64,000 bases of DNA, from contig OZ024740.1 in NCBI GenBank assembly GCA_964016885.1, forward strand, positions 409,324,001 through 409,388,000. Direction: 5' to 3'. How positions within the stretch are numbered: the stretch's first letter is position 1; the number at the start of each line of letters is the position of its first letter. The notes beneath the pieces were generated by a model that made no database searches, was not told the origin of the DNA, and saw nothing but the letters and a program-made list of their open reading frames with translations. Positions 1 through 13,990 of the stretch are shown one piece after another. This stretch comes from Eledone cirrhosa (taxonomy: Eukaryota). Both the position numbers and the translations under genes were made by a program.

Positions 1-7
1 TGCGTTC

Positions 8-74
8 ACAGATAGATTTTTTTAGTTTCAGAGGATCCCGTGAAAGCAGAAAGGTGCTTAAACTTTAATCTGTT
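8..74 (+). ncRNA. Degenerate hammerhead ribozyme in a PLE pLTR fragment (same family as 44490-44711)
   Basis: acagat..agttt CAGAGGA tcccgt GAAA GCA-gaaagg-TGC TT aaact..atctgt. Stem II is partly deleted. The stem III loop differs from the 44529 copy but the stem is kept. Confidence 0.55.
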
Positions 75-119
75 ATTTGAATATATATATTATTTTAATA
101 TATATATATTAAGTTAAAC

Positions 120-278
120 CCCTGGTAATCTACGACGAATTTTTTTTATAAGCACAAAATGTAGACACCATCCCCAGGCCGAGGTATTCCGTACTTCTCT
201 GTACTGTTTCAGAAAGGAGGGATAAACATGCCAATCTTTGTTTAGAATCCCGAGCAACGCCGGGCCATTCTGCTAGTT
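120..278 (+). mobile_element. Helitron 3' terminus fragment
   Basis: GC-rich hairpin cccg-agcaacgc-cggg a few nt upstream of CTAG followed by T, the canonical Helitron 3' end. Confidence 0.65.
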
Positions 279-334
279 ATATCTAAAGTGGAAAACATGG
301 TTATCGCCAAACACAACAACACTATCTATACCAA

Positions 335-535
335 GTATGTCGATAATATATTTATTATGCTTTGTATCACAGAGTTATGGCCCTTTACGTTCTCAGTTCA
401 AATCCTGCCGAGGTTAGCTTTGCTTTCATCATTACGGGGTCAATAAAATAAAGCACCAGTCATGCACGGGGTCAATTTAATCAACTTTCCCTTTCCCCCA
501 AAATTGTTGTCCTTGTGCCTAAATCAGACACCAAT
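335..535 (+). mobile_element. tRNA-derived SINE, family A (first of about 20 copies)
   Basis: Shared body gagttcaaatcc..gaggttaactttgcctttcatccttacggggtcgataaaataaagtaccagt with a B box. Other copies near 12058-12900 (4), 15375, 16755, 21075, 21275, 22697, 29231, 37465, 37648, 38187, 38838, 39190, 39455, 39610 and 53597. Confidence 0.85.
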
Positions 536-737
536 ATATTCATTATGACTAACAATGACAAAAATGTCTTTAAGATGACATCGGACATAATTCCACCCTA
601 ACGATTCCAATCCATCATAACACCAGCAGAAACTTAGTTCAGAATACCACCTCACACTTAGACATAAATATGAGAATTAAAGATAACATATGTAACACAA
701 GACACACAAATAATCACCTATGCCAATACACACGAGG

Positions 738-972
738 AGTGGCGGACTAGGTCTAAAAATATTGGTTGCCAGGAGATGAAGGGGGCCCACCTACATATAG
801 AATGTTATCATTTAGTTTTTATAATGAATAAATAACATTTTCAAAAAATACATAAGTGGAAACAAAACAGTGCAATCACATTTTTGCAGGAAAATATCTT
901 ACCTTCTCCAATATTATGTACTTTGCGAAATCCAGACTTTCAATAATGACCTTTGGTCTTTCACACTCACTC
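738..972 (+). mobile_element. Non-autonomous DNA transposon, left part (terminus AGTGGCGGACT)
   Basis: Reverse copies at 51243-51471 and 52640-52816. A matching opposite end (..ccagtccgccattg) lies at about 3830-4106 and, reversed, at 41697-42000. Confidence 0.6.
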
Positions 973-973
973 A

Positions 974-1137
<164 letters not shown>

Positions 1138-1352
1138 CAACACAATTGATACAGTATATGGAAGAAATATATTAGGTTAACGCTTGAAATAGAAGAGGGT
1201 CTATACAATATATAAATATATATGGGAGTGCGTGTATATGTGTGCATGTACATGTGTATATATATATTTATATATATGTATACATAACATGTTTTCAACT
1301 TGTACAAAAATCCCTAGGGATCTAATTGAGATTGTATATGTATATATATATT

Positions 1353-1531
1353 TAACGAAGGAAGTGTGGTAAGGAACCAGGTGGACCATAACGCACCAGA
1401 GTACTTGATACTTTGGGTAGTAGAGTGGGTAATAGGAAAAAGGTTGAAGACTATAGGTTGAGGACTAAAAGGTTGAGGCTATAGCCGTCGAAACGGCTTG
1501 AGCTCTGCCGTCGGGGTCCTCAACCTTTTCC
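1353..1531. mobile_element. Fold-back PLE pLTR remnant carrying only the 3' half of an HHR
   Basis: GAAA CGGC-ttgagctct-GCCG TC ggggtc. Same family at 42217-42402, 42678-43080, 44277-44420 and 51715-51877. Confidence 0.6.
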
Positions 1532-1597
1532 TATATATATGTTTTTATATATATATATGTGTGTGTATACATATACATATATATATATGTATATGTA

Positions 1598-1645
<48 letters not shown>

Positions 1646-1722
1646 CCCCCCCCACTATCAAGAGCGTGAAATTAATAAACCCTTGTTCGTACTGCCTCTC
1701 TGTTTTGTTCCCGTTCCATTTT

Positions 1723-1754
<32 letters not shown>

Positions 1755-1757
<3 letters not shown>

Positions 1758-3127
1758 TCTTTCAAACCTGATATGGAACTTAAAATGCAAGAATATAGAC
1801 TATTCATTAGCTTGGAAAACAGTTTCAGAAGCACCCGCGTACTGAAACACAGCTTTATCTAGATTCTGTAAATTGTGTATTGATGAAATTTTTTATATAC
1901 TTAACTGTAAAAACTCTATTAATCTAAGAACGAATTTATTTAATTCTTGTAAACATCGCCAGAATTCAATATATAACTTATAATTATACTTATAATAATC
2001 CTATTAATCTCCATAACAATCTCATCTACTTGGTTTTAATATATTGATATCTCTAAATCATAATATATCTAACATTTGCTGTACTTCCACTTCTTAAAAA
2101 TTTTCATATAATATTATAAAATTCTAATTTTTAAATTTTAATTTTAATAATTTTTTATTTCTTTAAAAAATTACTTATCTCTTAAAAAAAATTATTTTTA
2201 TTTAAAAATTAAAAATAAAATTTTCTCAAAATATTTTTTCAAACATTTTATCAAAATTGAAAAAAATTTTTAAAAATATTTTTTCAATATTTTTTCAATA
2301 TTTTTTCAATAGATTAATAACCACTAACTGATTCTGGCTAAATGTATCTTAAACATCCATACTTATTTTGACTAAATAGTCTCACACTAACGAATAAATA
2401 AATAAATTCGGAGTTTTTTCCTTATCTTCCCTTTTCAATCATATAAATATAAATATTATTACTTAACTTAAATTTAATTTTAAATACATATTTATTTACA
2501 TAAAATACAAAACCAATATCTCTCATAACTCATTAGAACAACTATCTATAACATGATATACCCATTTATTTATTCATTTATTTATCTACTTAAAACAGAA
2601 GAAAAACATCACTCGTAACTCATATTATATTATAAACAAATTTTAAACAACTATTAATCGTAAAATATCCTTTTAATATAAATACACATACTATTAAAAT
2701 ATATACTTACATATATACATAGATAATTGTTTGAATATATTTCCCTCAAATTAACGTTATATGAGCTTTTCATTCATCTTCGCTTTTTTCCTTCTCTCTC
2801 TCTCTATTTTGTCCTTCTTCTCTTCTCTCTTCTCTCTCTCACTATCATATATTATATATATAAACTCTCCATAGTCGTTTAAATAAACAGTTGATTTTCA
2901 ATTATTTACATATTCATTTGCATATTCATCCATAAATTTGAAAAATCCATAATACATTTCCACTATCCAGAGAATATCCAACTGATATATTTCTGGGTAT
3001 GGCTCTATTTATAAAGCAAACTTTGTATTTTATCTGAAGAAAGCGTACCAAAGTGTTTTGGTACCCTTGAAATATATATAATAAAATAAATATGGCTTTA
3101 TAAATATAGTTTCCATTTATTTAATAT

Positions 3128-3132
<5 letters not shown>
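1755..3132 (+). mobile_element. Penelope-like element 3' remnant: GIY-YIG C-terminus, very AT-rich 3' UTR, pLTR
   Basis: LSNLIWNLKCKNIDYSLAWKTVSEAPAY*..CKLCIDE..NSCKHR aligns to the C-termini of the PLE ORFs at 46810-47094 and 49640-49850. Ends in an HHR and is flanked by (TA)n. Confidence 0.75.
3026..3088 (+). ncRNA. Type I minimal hammerhead ribozyme
   Basis: tattttat CTGAAGA aag-c-gtaccaaa-gtgt-tttggtac-c-ctt GAAA tatata TA ataaaata. 8-bp stem I and palindromic loop III. Confidence 0.85.
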
Positions 3133-3204
<72 letters not shown>

Positions 3205-3724
3205 CGTCAGGTCGCTCTCGAGTGCTACTGGTAACATATAATCCAGTACAACCTGTCTCATGGTCGGGTCGTCGGCGACTAAACCTTCAACCCCACCAAG
3301 CTTGCTTGGTGAGGAGGGTGATGTTTGGACACCCTGCGGGATGAAATACAAGACCTGGCAAAAGGCCGAGGAACTCAGCAGAGTCAACGGCCATCCAAAT
3401 AGTACTTCTTTTTTTCACCTGGGATTGAAAGGTCCCCAGTTGTTATCACGACATCTTTCTTGGAGAGGCAAAGTCTGAAAAAAGAAACTGCGGCTTCAGA
3501 AGCATCCGATGATGTTGACCAGTTCTCCTTTTTGGGTAGTGTTTTCGATGCTCAGAGAGTGGGATTGGTCGAGTGCAAGGTCTTTCCCCACTTAAAAAAA
3601 CATTCAAAGCACAGGCATTGCTTGTTCAGGATATGTTACAGCTTTGTGTGGCTGGCCGTAGCCTAAAATTGCACCAAACTCTATAATTTGACAAGTGATT
3701 GCAGTACTCTTAGCAGAGTTTGCA

Positions 3725-3813
<89 letters not shown>

Positions 3814-4104
3814 TGTGTGTCTATATATGTATGTTTGCAGGCACGAATGAATACACTAATATTTAGATTTAGTAGAATGTACAACCACTGATTCCAGCTA
3901 TTTGCACTATCATATATTTTGGTTTCTAGTAAATCCCTGGGGAATTGGTTGACCAAATGCTTTGCTTAATTGTTTTATTTATTTTAAAAAAAATTGTATT
4001 CTTTCTCTTAGATTTCAGGTATTTTTTCAAAGCTAAGTATTGGCCTCTAAACTACTACAGTGGGCCCTGCAATGCTACTGTGGGCAACCTTGCCAGTCCG
4101 CCAT

Positions 4105-4155
<51 letters not shown>

Positions 4156-4254
4156 GTATATTATTTGTTTGTTAAAATAATCGAATTAAATTAATTCAAC
4201 AGTTAAACACACATAGGAATAATAGGGTTGTTACCAAAGAGCAAGAAGATTGAC

Positions 4255-5075
4255 AAGTCGACCCTAAATATGACTAATAGCTCTTGGAAAGATATGAACG
4301 ACACCACATCTTTTTAACTTTGATTTTGAAAGTAGGTTTATAATTATTAATTTTCATTATACTTTTGTAGCTGTCTCGGCGGCCTAGTTGGAGGAATCAT
4401 AGATGGTGGTGATCCCGGTCAGAAGTTCGATTTTGATCGGGAGTAGGGTTCCCGATAAACCTTTTCAGTTTTTTTCTATGGGATTTAAAATAATAACTGA
4501 AAAAGATTGCATGTACCTTTTGACCAGGATTGAACCCATCGCCAGGATCTCCACCGTCTCTAGTACCTACCGCTAGGCTACAGAGACAACTACGAAAGTC
4601 TTGTGAAAATTCATACATATAAACCTACGTTTAACATTTTCTATACAAAATGATGTGATGTCGTTCATGCCTTTCTTATGCTATCGCTCCTACTTAATTT
4701 CGACTTCTAAATAATTTGGGTGTTCCATAAACTACATCCACGTTTGTTTCTCATCTATCTAAACTAGTAGGTTTATAATTATTAATTTTCATTATACATT
4801 TTAAACTGTCTCGGTGGCCTGGTTAGAGGAATCATAGCCGGTGGTGATTTTGGTCTGAAGTTCGTTCCAGGTCCGTAGTATGGTTACCGGTAAACCGTTT
4901 CATTTTTTTTTCTATGGGATGTAAAATAAAAACTGAAAAATATTACATTTACCTCTTGACCAGGATTGAACTCATAGCCAGTATCTCCAACGTCTCTAAT
5001 ACCTACCGCTAAGCCACAGTGACAACTACAAAAATCTTATGAAAATTCATACATATAAACCTACTTTTAAAATTT
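4255..5075. mobile_element. Palindromic element with two convergent tRNA-like heads (about 1.7 tandem copies; reverse copy at 52170-52632)
   Basis: Diverged inverted arms 4255-4480 and 4490-4706, each with A-box and B-box-like motifs followed by T-runs. Confidence 0.65.
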
Positions 5076-5711
5076 TCAAAGTTTTCCATAATGAAAGCTA
5101 TACCTATTTTCACAAGAGAAGACATCTCTCACCCACCCCAAAGTGGACAAGCCCGTCGGACAAGGAGAGTTGACAGGTCTGCAATATGATGTTTGATTAG
5201 ATTTCAGTATACCTCCCTTTATAAAAATTAGAATATATCGAATCTACATTTATGCTAATTTGCGCGAGTAGTCACTCCTATTCGTCCAGTTTACTGCTTT
5301 ACAATAAACCTAAATAAAGTTTATAAAAGAGTATAATTCATTGAACACCACATGTGTACGAGACAACCTTAGCTTCTCAATTTAAATAGAGAAAGTTATT
5401 ATGTAGGTGTTTTAAATCCGAACAAAAGATTTTTTTTTTGCTCTATTTAACAAAACTACCGGATAAATATTTTCTCCAGCTATTTTATTACTAGACCTGT
5501 AAAAGAATTTTTTCTTTCTAACTTGACCTGGAAAATAATGAAAAAAAAAACATCCAGATTTTTAGTCGGTTCAGTTCATATTGACTAAACATATTATTAA
5601 CAGAATAGTCAAGCAGAAGAAATAAAAAGGCAGCCAGTTCTTTGTTATCTGGATTTGGAATTTCAAGAAATATAAAAGCATTGATAAACACAGAGTATTT
5701 CGAGAACATGG

Positions 5712-6400
5712 GACGCCATCATTTGTAACATTACCTCTGACAGGCTGGTGCGCCAGCTCGACCAGCATCGCTCGGCCTCCCAACCCCACAGTGGTGCCTG
5801 GATCAATGCAGTTCCATCATTTGCGACTGGCACTCAGCTGGACAGCGACTGCTTGTGAATCTGTGTTTCCTTGAGGCTCAGCCTCTGGGTCTGTGAGCCT
5901 CACAAATGCTAATGTGGTACCACTGTAGATCCTTTCGGTCTCCACCCATTGTCATGCAGTTTCAGTGATGGCCATCTCCAACGTCATGCTGCACTCAACG
6001 AGATCATAAAGAATGGGCGTAGGCTTCCCTTCCCAGCTCGAGCCAGCGCGGCTCTCCCGAGATAGGTAGGCCCCTCATCTCTGATGCTACATGCTGTGAC
6101 GCCTTTTCTAGTGGCAACTTGATGCGTTCGGCTACCAACCCAAGCCCTGCTGTCTGCCAGGCCGAAGAAAGCAAACTGTCCAAGTATCGGCCGCTCTCCG
6201 ATTGGTTTGTGGTAGAGCCTGTAGCAGTGGAGACTTCCAGCGTTCTTGGCCATCGGACTACATCCCTGCTCACTGCTATAGAAGGTAGTGTGGCTATTTC
6301 AGCGCATTTTCCTCACCGTCCTCCGGGGCAATGTGTTCTTCATACTGTCGGCCGGGACCAAGAGGTGGATGGTAAATTAGTTGGAAGTGGAGGATATTCG
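5712..6400 (+). pseudogene. CRE-clade non-LTR retrotransposon C-terminus (Zn knuckle + restriction-like endonuclease), decayed
   Basis: HSGAWINAVPS..C*CGTTVDPFGLHPLSC..RHAALNEII..DATC..AEESKLSKY..PVAVETSSVLG, with stops and frameshifts. Confidence 0.75.
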
Positions 6401-6670
6401 TTCGGACGTCACACTAGAAGCTATTATATATTTTCTTATGCTGCTGGTATTCCTAGTTTAACCCCACCCATACACCTAAAAATGACCATTTCACTTTACA
6501 ATGACCTTCCTTTAAAATAGATTACAAAGGTTTACTCGTTCAAGGCCGACTTTATGCAAAACAACAACAACAAAATGAGATAGAGGGTCTTTGTATATAG
6601 ATAAGATAAAACCAATATATTCCCTTGAATTTTATGGAAAATATATTTTTTAAATTGCTTCTATAAGCTT

Positions 6671-6846
6671 CAGACCTGTCAAATCTCCTCGTCCGATTGG
6701 GGGATCTCTCACCCATTTTGGGTTGGGTAAGAAATGTCTTCTCTTGTGAAAATGGGTATAGCTTTCATTATGTAAGATCTCCCCATTTTGCCTTATTTCT
6801 CCCCGTTTGGGGGCTTTTTTCATGGTACTCCCCATTGACAGGTCTG
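6671..6846. mobile_element. MITE with TIR CAGACCTGTCAA and 6-bp TSD AAGCTT
   Basis: Perfect 12-bp TIR with aagctt on both flanks. Family copies at 5090-5181 (partial), 11682-11871, 20027-20224 and 55448-55992. Confidence 0.8.
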
Positions 6847-7210
6847 AAGCTTATTTGTGACACAAAGAATAATGTTAACAATAGTACAATATGGATTTCT
6901 AGCATTTACTATGATAAAATGTTAAATACTTTTTTAGGTCAAAGAATAACATTTTACTAGTTACATTATAATTAACCCCAACTGCATTCTTGTATACATT
7001 TTATAGAAGATAATAACGACTGGAAAAGTCAACCCCAGAGCAAATTCCCACCAGATGGATCCACAGCGCGAGAAACCACGCTTGGAACATTTTTAGTGTA
7101 ACGCGATTGATACTTTTCTTCGAATAAATAATTTTATAAGGTAGGAAACTTGCGTTTCAGGCTGAGAAAAGTTTTTTCGTGGTCAATACACATTTCCGCA
7201 CATGCCAGTA

Positions 7211-7276
<66 letters not shown>

Positions 7277-7867
7277 CTCTCTCTCTTTTTCTCTCTCTCA
7301 CACACACACACACGCTCTCTCTCTCTCCCTCTCTCTCTCACACACACACACACGCTCTCTCTCTCTCCCTCTCTCTCTCACACACACATGACATTGATGT
7401 CTTCGGTTAGATACTTAGTTCGTCTTTGAATCAATAAACTTCAAATATTTCATATAACCTCCTACAATGGACATCAATATATCTTCTCAGTTGGATTTGT
7501 TTCCATGATCCTTTACAGGCGCCAGAGCCAGTTATCCTCAGGCCAGAAACCTGCCCGAAACTTTGCGAAAGAGTTAACTCCGCTAAAATCATTTAGGAGC
7601 CAGGTGGTTGCCTTAAACTGGGAATTAGACAGAATATGGGTCTTTAAACTGCCACATTTCCAGGTAAAAGTTAGCTGTTTGAATCACCTCACAAGCACTG
7701 CACTGAGCACCACAACTTACCTTGTAGATAATTTTTACAGGGATTCAGTTCAACAAAGATAAAAAGTAGTGGTAACTGTAAAGTGGACAAAAGTTCGTTA
7801 ACCTGTTTTTGTATTCAATACCTATTGTTATAATATGAAAAGGTGAATGGCGGAGGCTTCAAAGGTG

Positions 7868-10814
7868 TTATTGCAGTGCTTCTTTGTAGACAACGTTCCT
7901 GGTATTACCCGGATTACCACAAATATAGAGATTGTGTGGACTGCTGACGCGTGAACATCCGACGTATAGTTGACCTGCTGTGTCAGATTTAGGCCAACTA
8001 CTTGCAGCGACTGTCCCTGTGCCTTGTTGATACATACTCATTGTAAAGCAGAGTTTTACGGGAAACTGCCGTCTCGTAAAATCAAATGGGACGTCAGAGG
8101 GACTAAGGCTTATGGGGGATAATAACTTTGTCCCGCCAGCAGACGGTCCGCTCAGAATTTTTGTCGTAAGAATTCGTGTCCCAATTTTTTTGATGATCAG
8201 ACGCGTCCCGTTGCATAGTTCTGGTGGTTCCACGTTTCTTAGCAGCATAACTGGAACACCAACCTTCAGTCTAAGGTCATGAAGTGGAAGTCCGGGAGGT
8301 TGTTGACTGTTGAGGAATTCAATCGGATAGTTGACGGCGTCGTCCGCGTTTTTGTTGGTGTCAATTGACTTGAAGGAGACTTCACCTCCTGGAATCTGAT
8401 CAAGCAGGTGTTGATTCATTGCGTCAATGGTGGCATTATGTGATGCTAAAATAGCTCTCCCTTGCAGCCAGTTGTGATCAAGGAATCGTGCCTCGAGGTC
8501 TGGGAAAACAGATGACATTAATTCCTCTATGCTTGATACAAAGTTTCCAAACGGCAGACGGATGTGCTGTTCATCGATTCCAGGTGTAGTTCCATTACCA
8601 ACTTCCAGTAGCTGTTTTGAGATATCCTCAGATTCTGCGTCGCCATGCACTCTCATGTTAGTAGTCAGGTTTAGTTTCTGGACATACTGCCATAGGTAGG
8701 AAGACTTGATGCATGCGTTAACTTCGTCAGCTCTAGTGCCTCTAGTGATTACAGGAAGAGTCTGCCGAAAATCGCCAGCCATCAGTACTGTCGCTCCAAC
8801 TATTACGTGTGAATTTCGACGCAAGTCCTTGAGAGTTCAGTCTAGAACCTCAAACGCTGCCTTGTGACTCATTGTAGCCTCGTCCAAAATGATTAAACAG
8901 CACTCAGAAAGAAGGTATCCTTTAGAGTCTCCACGATTTATTCTGCAGGTAGGATTCTCCTTCTTTGCAAGGTCCATAGGCATGCGGAGTGTGCCGTACG
9001 ACCGCCATGTAACAGTGTCGCCGCAATACCACTTGAGGCGACGGCTAAAGCAATCTGCCTGTCTTTCAGTAGGTTTATGAGAAAAGTTTTTCCTGTTCCG
9101 CCTGGAGCATCCAAGAAGAATAGCCGTCCCTCATTTGAAATGACACTGGCAAGAATTCTGTCATACGCCCGTCTCTGCTCAGGCAAAAGTCTGGGTTCAT
9201 CTTGAGCAACCTTATCTGTCAATTCCTCGATGTTGTAATTCAACTTAAGCATGAACTCCACATCTAAAACACCGTCTTTGTGTACAGGTTGTGGCAAACC
9301 GAATTCTAATACACCGCCAACTCCAACAGATCTTAGACGTTTATCCATGTCAATGAGGGCCTCATTGTATACATTGGCGTTGTAATGAAAGACAGCCGCT
9401 GGTGCCCTTGCTCATACTCTACGCAGGATGTCCTCTGACATGTTGTCCTTATGCGTATCCAATAGCTGAAGTGGCTCACCGACATTGCAGAACGGTAACA
9501 TATTGCAAAACAAACGACGCATTTCTTGTGGCATTTTACATTCAGAAGCTTCTTTCAATGCCATGTTCAGGTGGTCATCGTCCTCGAGTAGCCCGCGCTT
9601 CCAGTATTAGAACAGGGGGTTCGCAATGTAAGGGTTTTATTTCTTTTGTTAGAAAACAGTTACCTTTTTTGTTTTGGCATTTCGTAAAATTCTACTGCAG
9701 AATCGATTTCATAAAACAGTACTGTATGATTGTTATAGAATTATTTAAATTTAATATAGAGCAATTGTATTTTAAAAATGAAAATGAAACGTACTGTAGT
9801 AGCCAAAAGTTTATTAACAGCGAAATAACGTTGTCTTTGATATGTTATTTTAAATAAGACAATGAATTGAAAAATACTACTTACTGTTAGTGGTGGTTAA
9901 CATGTATTAGAAATAAAATGAAAATGATATCTGAAAAAACGTACTTGAGAACATAACTCCCTTCTTCGCAATTTAAGGGTTTTATATCTTTTGATGGAAA
10001 ACAGTGACCGTTTTCGGTTTGGCATTTCGTAAAATGGTACTGTATGTTAACAGCGAAAGAACGCTGCGAAAGAACGCAGCGAAATAAATTGATGAGTTTA
10101 AAAATGTGTATGAAATTGTAATTAAGACAATGAATATTGAAAGTAGTAGAACAGGGGGAAATAACTCAATTAGACGTTTATTAGAAGAGGGGGAAATAAC
10201 TAACTCCAGTATTAGAACATGGGGTTCGCAATGTAAGGGTTTTATTTACGGTACTGTATGATCGTTATAGAAGTATTTAAATTTAATATACAGTAACTCT
10301 AATTGAAAAATGAAAATGAAACGTACTGTAGAAGGCAATAGTTTATTAATCTGCATTTTCAAACTTGCATATCACCGACATTGCTATTTCGCTGTTAATA
10401 AACAACGCTTTTTCACGTCGCTCCACTTCTCATTGTATGCCGTCCAACCCCAAGTGCATATTTCTATTCTTTTCTCTGAAACTGCTTCTTTATAATAAAC
10501 TTTCAATAATATTTTTCAAATTATTGGTATTGTATGTTAACAGCGAAAGAACGTTGATGAGTTTAAAAATTTGTATGCAATTGTAAATAAGACAAAAGTA
10601 TTAGAACAGGGGGAAATAACTCACCGAACGCGATAGTTTTAGAGCCCCAGGGACCACATGTTTCAAGTTAGAGATTTGAAACCTCGTCTATTTGCTTCCT
10701 TGGTACTTTTTACATAGGTGTGTAAATTTTCATGTCAGTCCGACCACGTCTACTACCATTTAACTGTGCACATTTGAATTTCAACCACCGCCCATTTCAC
10801 AAATATATATTAGA
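7868..10814 (-). mobile_element. Helitron remnant: 5' terminus, internal subrepeats and frameshifted Pif1-family helicase (Rep domain not seen)
   Basis: FFLDAPGGTGKTFL, AVASSGIAATLL.GGRTAHS, GDFRQTLPV, LCNGTRL, RRQFPVKLCF and GQLYVGCSRV in 7868-9600. A|TCTAATATAT start at 10814. Scrambled repeats at 9600-10620. Confidence 0.88.
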
Positions 10815-13415
10815 TATCGTGTTTTTTTTAATGTATCATGGATTACGTTACTGATTACATAAGACAGTGTAACACAGTCTTCGTTCAATTTCTGTTTATA
10901 TTGTCAATTACGATGTTATTTGATGTATCATATCTACATGTATGTATACTTGCGTATAATATCAATATGCACACTACACATGCTAGTAGAAAACCACCCG
11001 AAGGATGGTTTTTCTGCTAGTGATGATAATGACAAGAACGCATTTGACCATATCGGAGCTGAAACTAAACAACAAACATCATCCCATAGCACAATGTATT
11101 TTCTACGTTACCATAAACATTTCTGGTTATCTGAACTAGCAACATATGTGTAACAACCAAATCACTCGTCTCTCATTTTCTCACGATTACTACTCTGATT
11201 CAGGTGGTGTTCTAGTGTGACCTTGACTATAATAGCTAAAACAAACTAAAGAACAGCTCCAAATTCCATACCATGTACTTCATCATTACCCATCAGAACT
11301 CCAATACTGAAACCTTTGCCCATCAGAACTCTAATTTTCTGGGGTTTCCTCTTTGTCATCGAAAGAAATTCAAGCTGACCATTTAAATCTCCTATCTCAG
11401 TCAGATAATAGTTATCTCAACACTAAAACGTTCCATCACGAAAGCTTGTCCGGAATCTTGATAAATCACAGGTCTAGAGAAGAATCGGTCGTTAAAAATA
11501 GGTTTATCTTGAAGGTCTTCTTTAAAAGATGAGATCGATATAACTAATGTTCTATTTACACCTCTGTAGGTCTTTATCTGCAAGAAAGATGTGATAGGGA
11601 AAGGAATTCTAGAGAGTTGCCTTCTAGAAGAAAGGATTAGTGAAGAATTTGCGAGACGAGATGCCGCGAAGGAATTATACAGCAGACCTGCCACCCTCTA
11701 AAAACCCAAACGAGAGTACCATGAAAAGAAGTGCCTCAAAATGGGGAGAAATGAGGCAAAATGGGGAGATTTTACATAATTAAGCTATACCCATTTTCAT
11801 AAGAGATGACATCTCTCACCCACCCCAAAGTGGGGATATCTCCCTGTCGGACGGGAGAGTCCACAGGTCTAAAGCAGTTATATATTCATAGTAACAGAAG
11901 CCGTTGTAGTACTACTAGAAAAGGCAAAATTTGGAATAAGTATGCCTGTGAACTAATTGTTGAAGCGTGAACGTAAGTGATGTCAATCAGATGAATAACC
12001 TATTGGGTGAGTTCTAGGATTGTTGAGTACTAATAGCTATTAATCTCGCTTTAATATAATTGTTTCCTCTTTTGGCACAAGGCCAGCAATTATTCCAGTG
12101 TATTACTGGTACTTTATTTTATCGACCCCGTAAGGATGAAAGGCAAAGTTAACCTCGGCGGGATTTGAATTCAGAATGGCCAGGACCGTAACTCTATGTG
12201 TCAAAGCATGGCGTCCGAGCCTCTACCAATACTGCCGATTGTACATTAGTGTATGGATGTGTATGTTCGGCGGATTGGCAGTATCGATAGAGCATCGGAC
12301 AACATGCTTTGCGGTATAGGGTTATGGTCCTTTACGTTCTGAATTCTAATCCCGCTGAGGTTAGCTTTGCTTTTCATCCTTACGGGGTCGATAAAATAAG
12401 TACCAGTAATTCACTAGAGCCGATTTAATCGACTTCTTCTTTCCCCCAAAAATGCTGGCCTTGTGCTTAAATCAGAAACCATTATGTGAAACCAAGATTA
12501 TATAGGAAAGGATTACAAGAAAAAAGAATATGATTATTAAGTAAAGGGCCGTAAGTCCATGCTGCAAAGCATGGCGCCTGACCCCCCACCGATACTGCCA
12601 TTCCACCGCCCATTAAAGCAAAAAATAATTAAAGTTAAAACAATATGTAGGGGTGACAAGACTTTCGGACCACCATGTATAGTGTACGTTCATAAATATG
12701 GGATTTCTTGTGAGGTTTTTTGTTTGTCATATATAATTATTTCTACTATAGGCACAAGACCAGCAATTTTGGGGGGAGGGGAAAGTCAATTAAATCGAGC
12801 CAGTATGTTACTGGTACTTTATTTTATTGACTCCGTAAGGATGAATGGCAAAGCTAACCTCGGCGGGATTTGAACTCAGAACCTAAAGGGTTGTAACTCT
12901 CTGTCATATGTAATGTTTTTTTAATGTAAAATAAAATTATTATTGTATTCTCCAGTTATTGTATATCAATATGAACCACTTACAATAAAATTCTGCCGGA
13001 GATAGATTAGCGGGGGTGGGTGTAAAAAAAATCTGAAAAATTAATAAGCGGGGAGGAGGAGGGGGCATATTCAAGACCCTGAGAGTATGTGTTTTAGTTT
13101 CAATGTTGAGTCGCCATATAGTCTGAATCATTTAATCTCAGTGTCACCATAATATGACACATTATTACTATAGTTATATTTGATAAAAACCCGTTTTACA
13201 ACTTTCCTACCATAAAGAAATCTAGAATGATTTTTTTTGTGTTAAATGTTGAGGTGAATTTCTTGTTTTGGCGCGAAGCTAAGGAAACAGTTAAACTAAA
13301 ATAACTGGGAAATAAAACTAAATTTAACCCAAATACAACCTAAAAATATAACAGTGAGTTGTTGAACATCTTGGCGGGAAAAGAAACTAAAATGATTAAA
13401 AGATTAAAAACAAGA

Positions 13416-13712
13416 GCCACCTTCCTATTCACCACCATATGCGCTGAGTTGGCCAGCCACAGGTGTGGAAACTTCTGGTGTCCTTGGCCCTAGGGCTACC
13501 TCCCTATTCCCCACCATAGGCGCTGAGCTGGCCAGCCGCAGGTGTGAGCCTTCTTGTGTCCTTGGCTCTAGGGCTTCCTCCCTATTCACTACCATAGGCG
13601 CTGAGCTGGCCATCTGTAGGTGTGGAGCCTTCTGGTGCCCTTGGCCCTAGGGCTACCTCCCTATTCATCACCATAGGCGTTGAGCTAGCCAGCCGCAGGT
13701 TGAAGACTTCTG
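13416..13712. repeat. GC-rich minisatellite, unit about 78 bp, about 4 copies
   Basis: Repeats of ggctacctccctattcaccaccataggcgctgagctggccagccgcaggtgtg..ccttggccctag. Confidence 0.9.
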
Positions 13713-13935
13713 CTGAAAAAATATCTTTTAACATGTTAAAATATCCCCCACACACTTACAGACACACTAACATACAAAGAGACATACACACACACACGCA
13801 CACACACACACACACATACACACACTTCTCCGTATAAGACAAGAGCTGAAAAAATATCTTTTGACATGTTAAAATATCCCCCACACACTTACAGACACAT
13901 TCCTACTGACCATCCCTCTGCCACGAATTACTCTG

Positions 13936-13990
<55 letters not shown>

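Noticed and set aside
7868-8824. Host PIF1 helicase gene
   Set aside because: Intronless, frameshifted, and linked to a Helitron-type 5' terminus and subrepeats.
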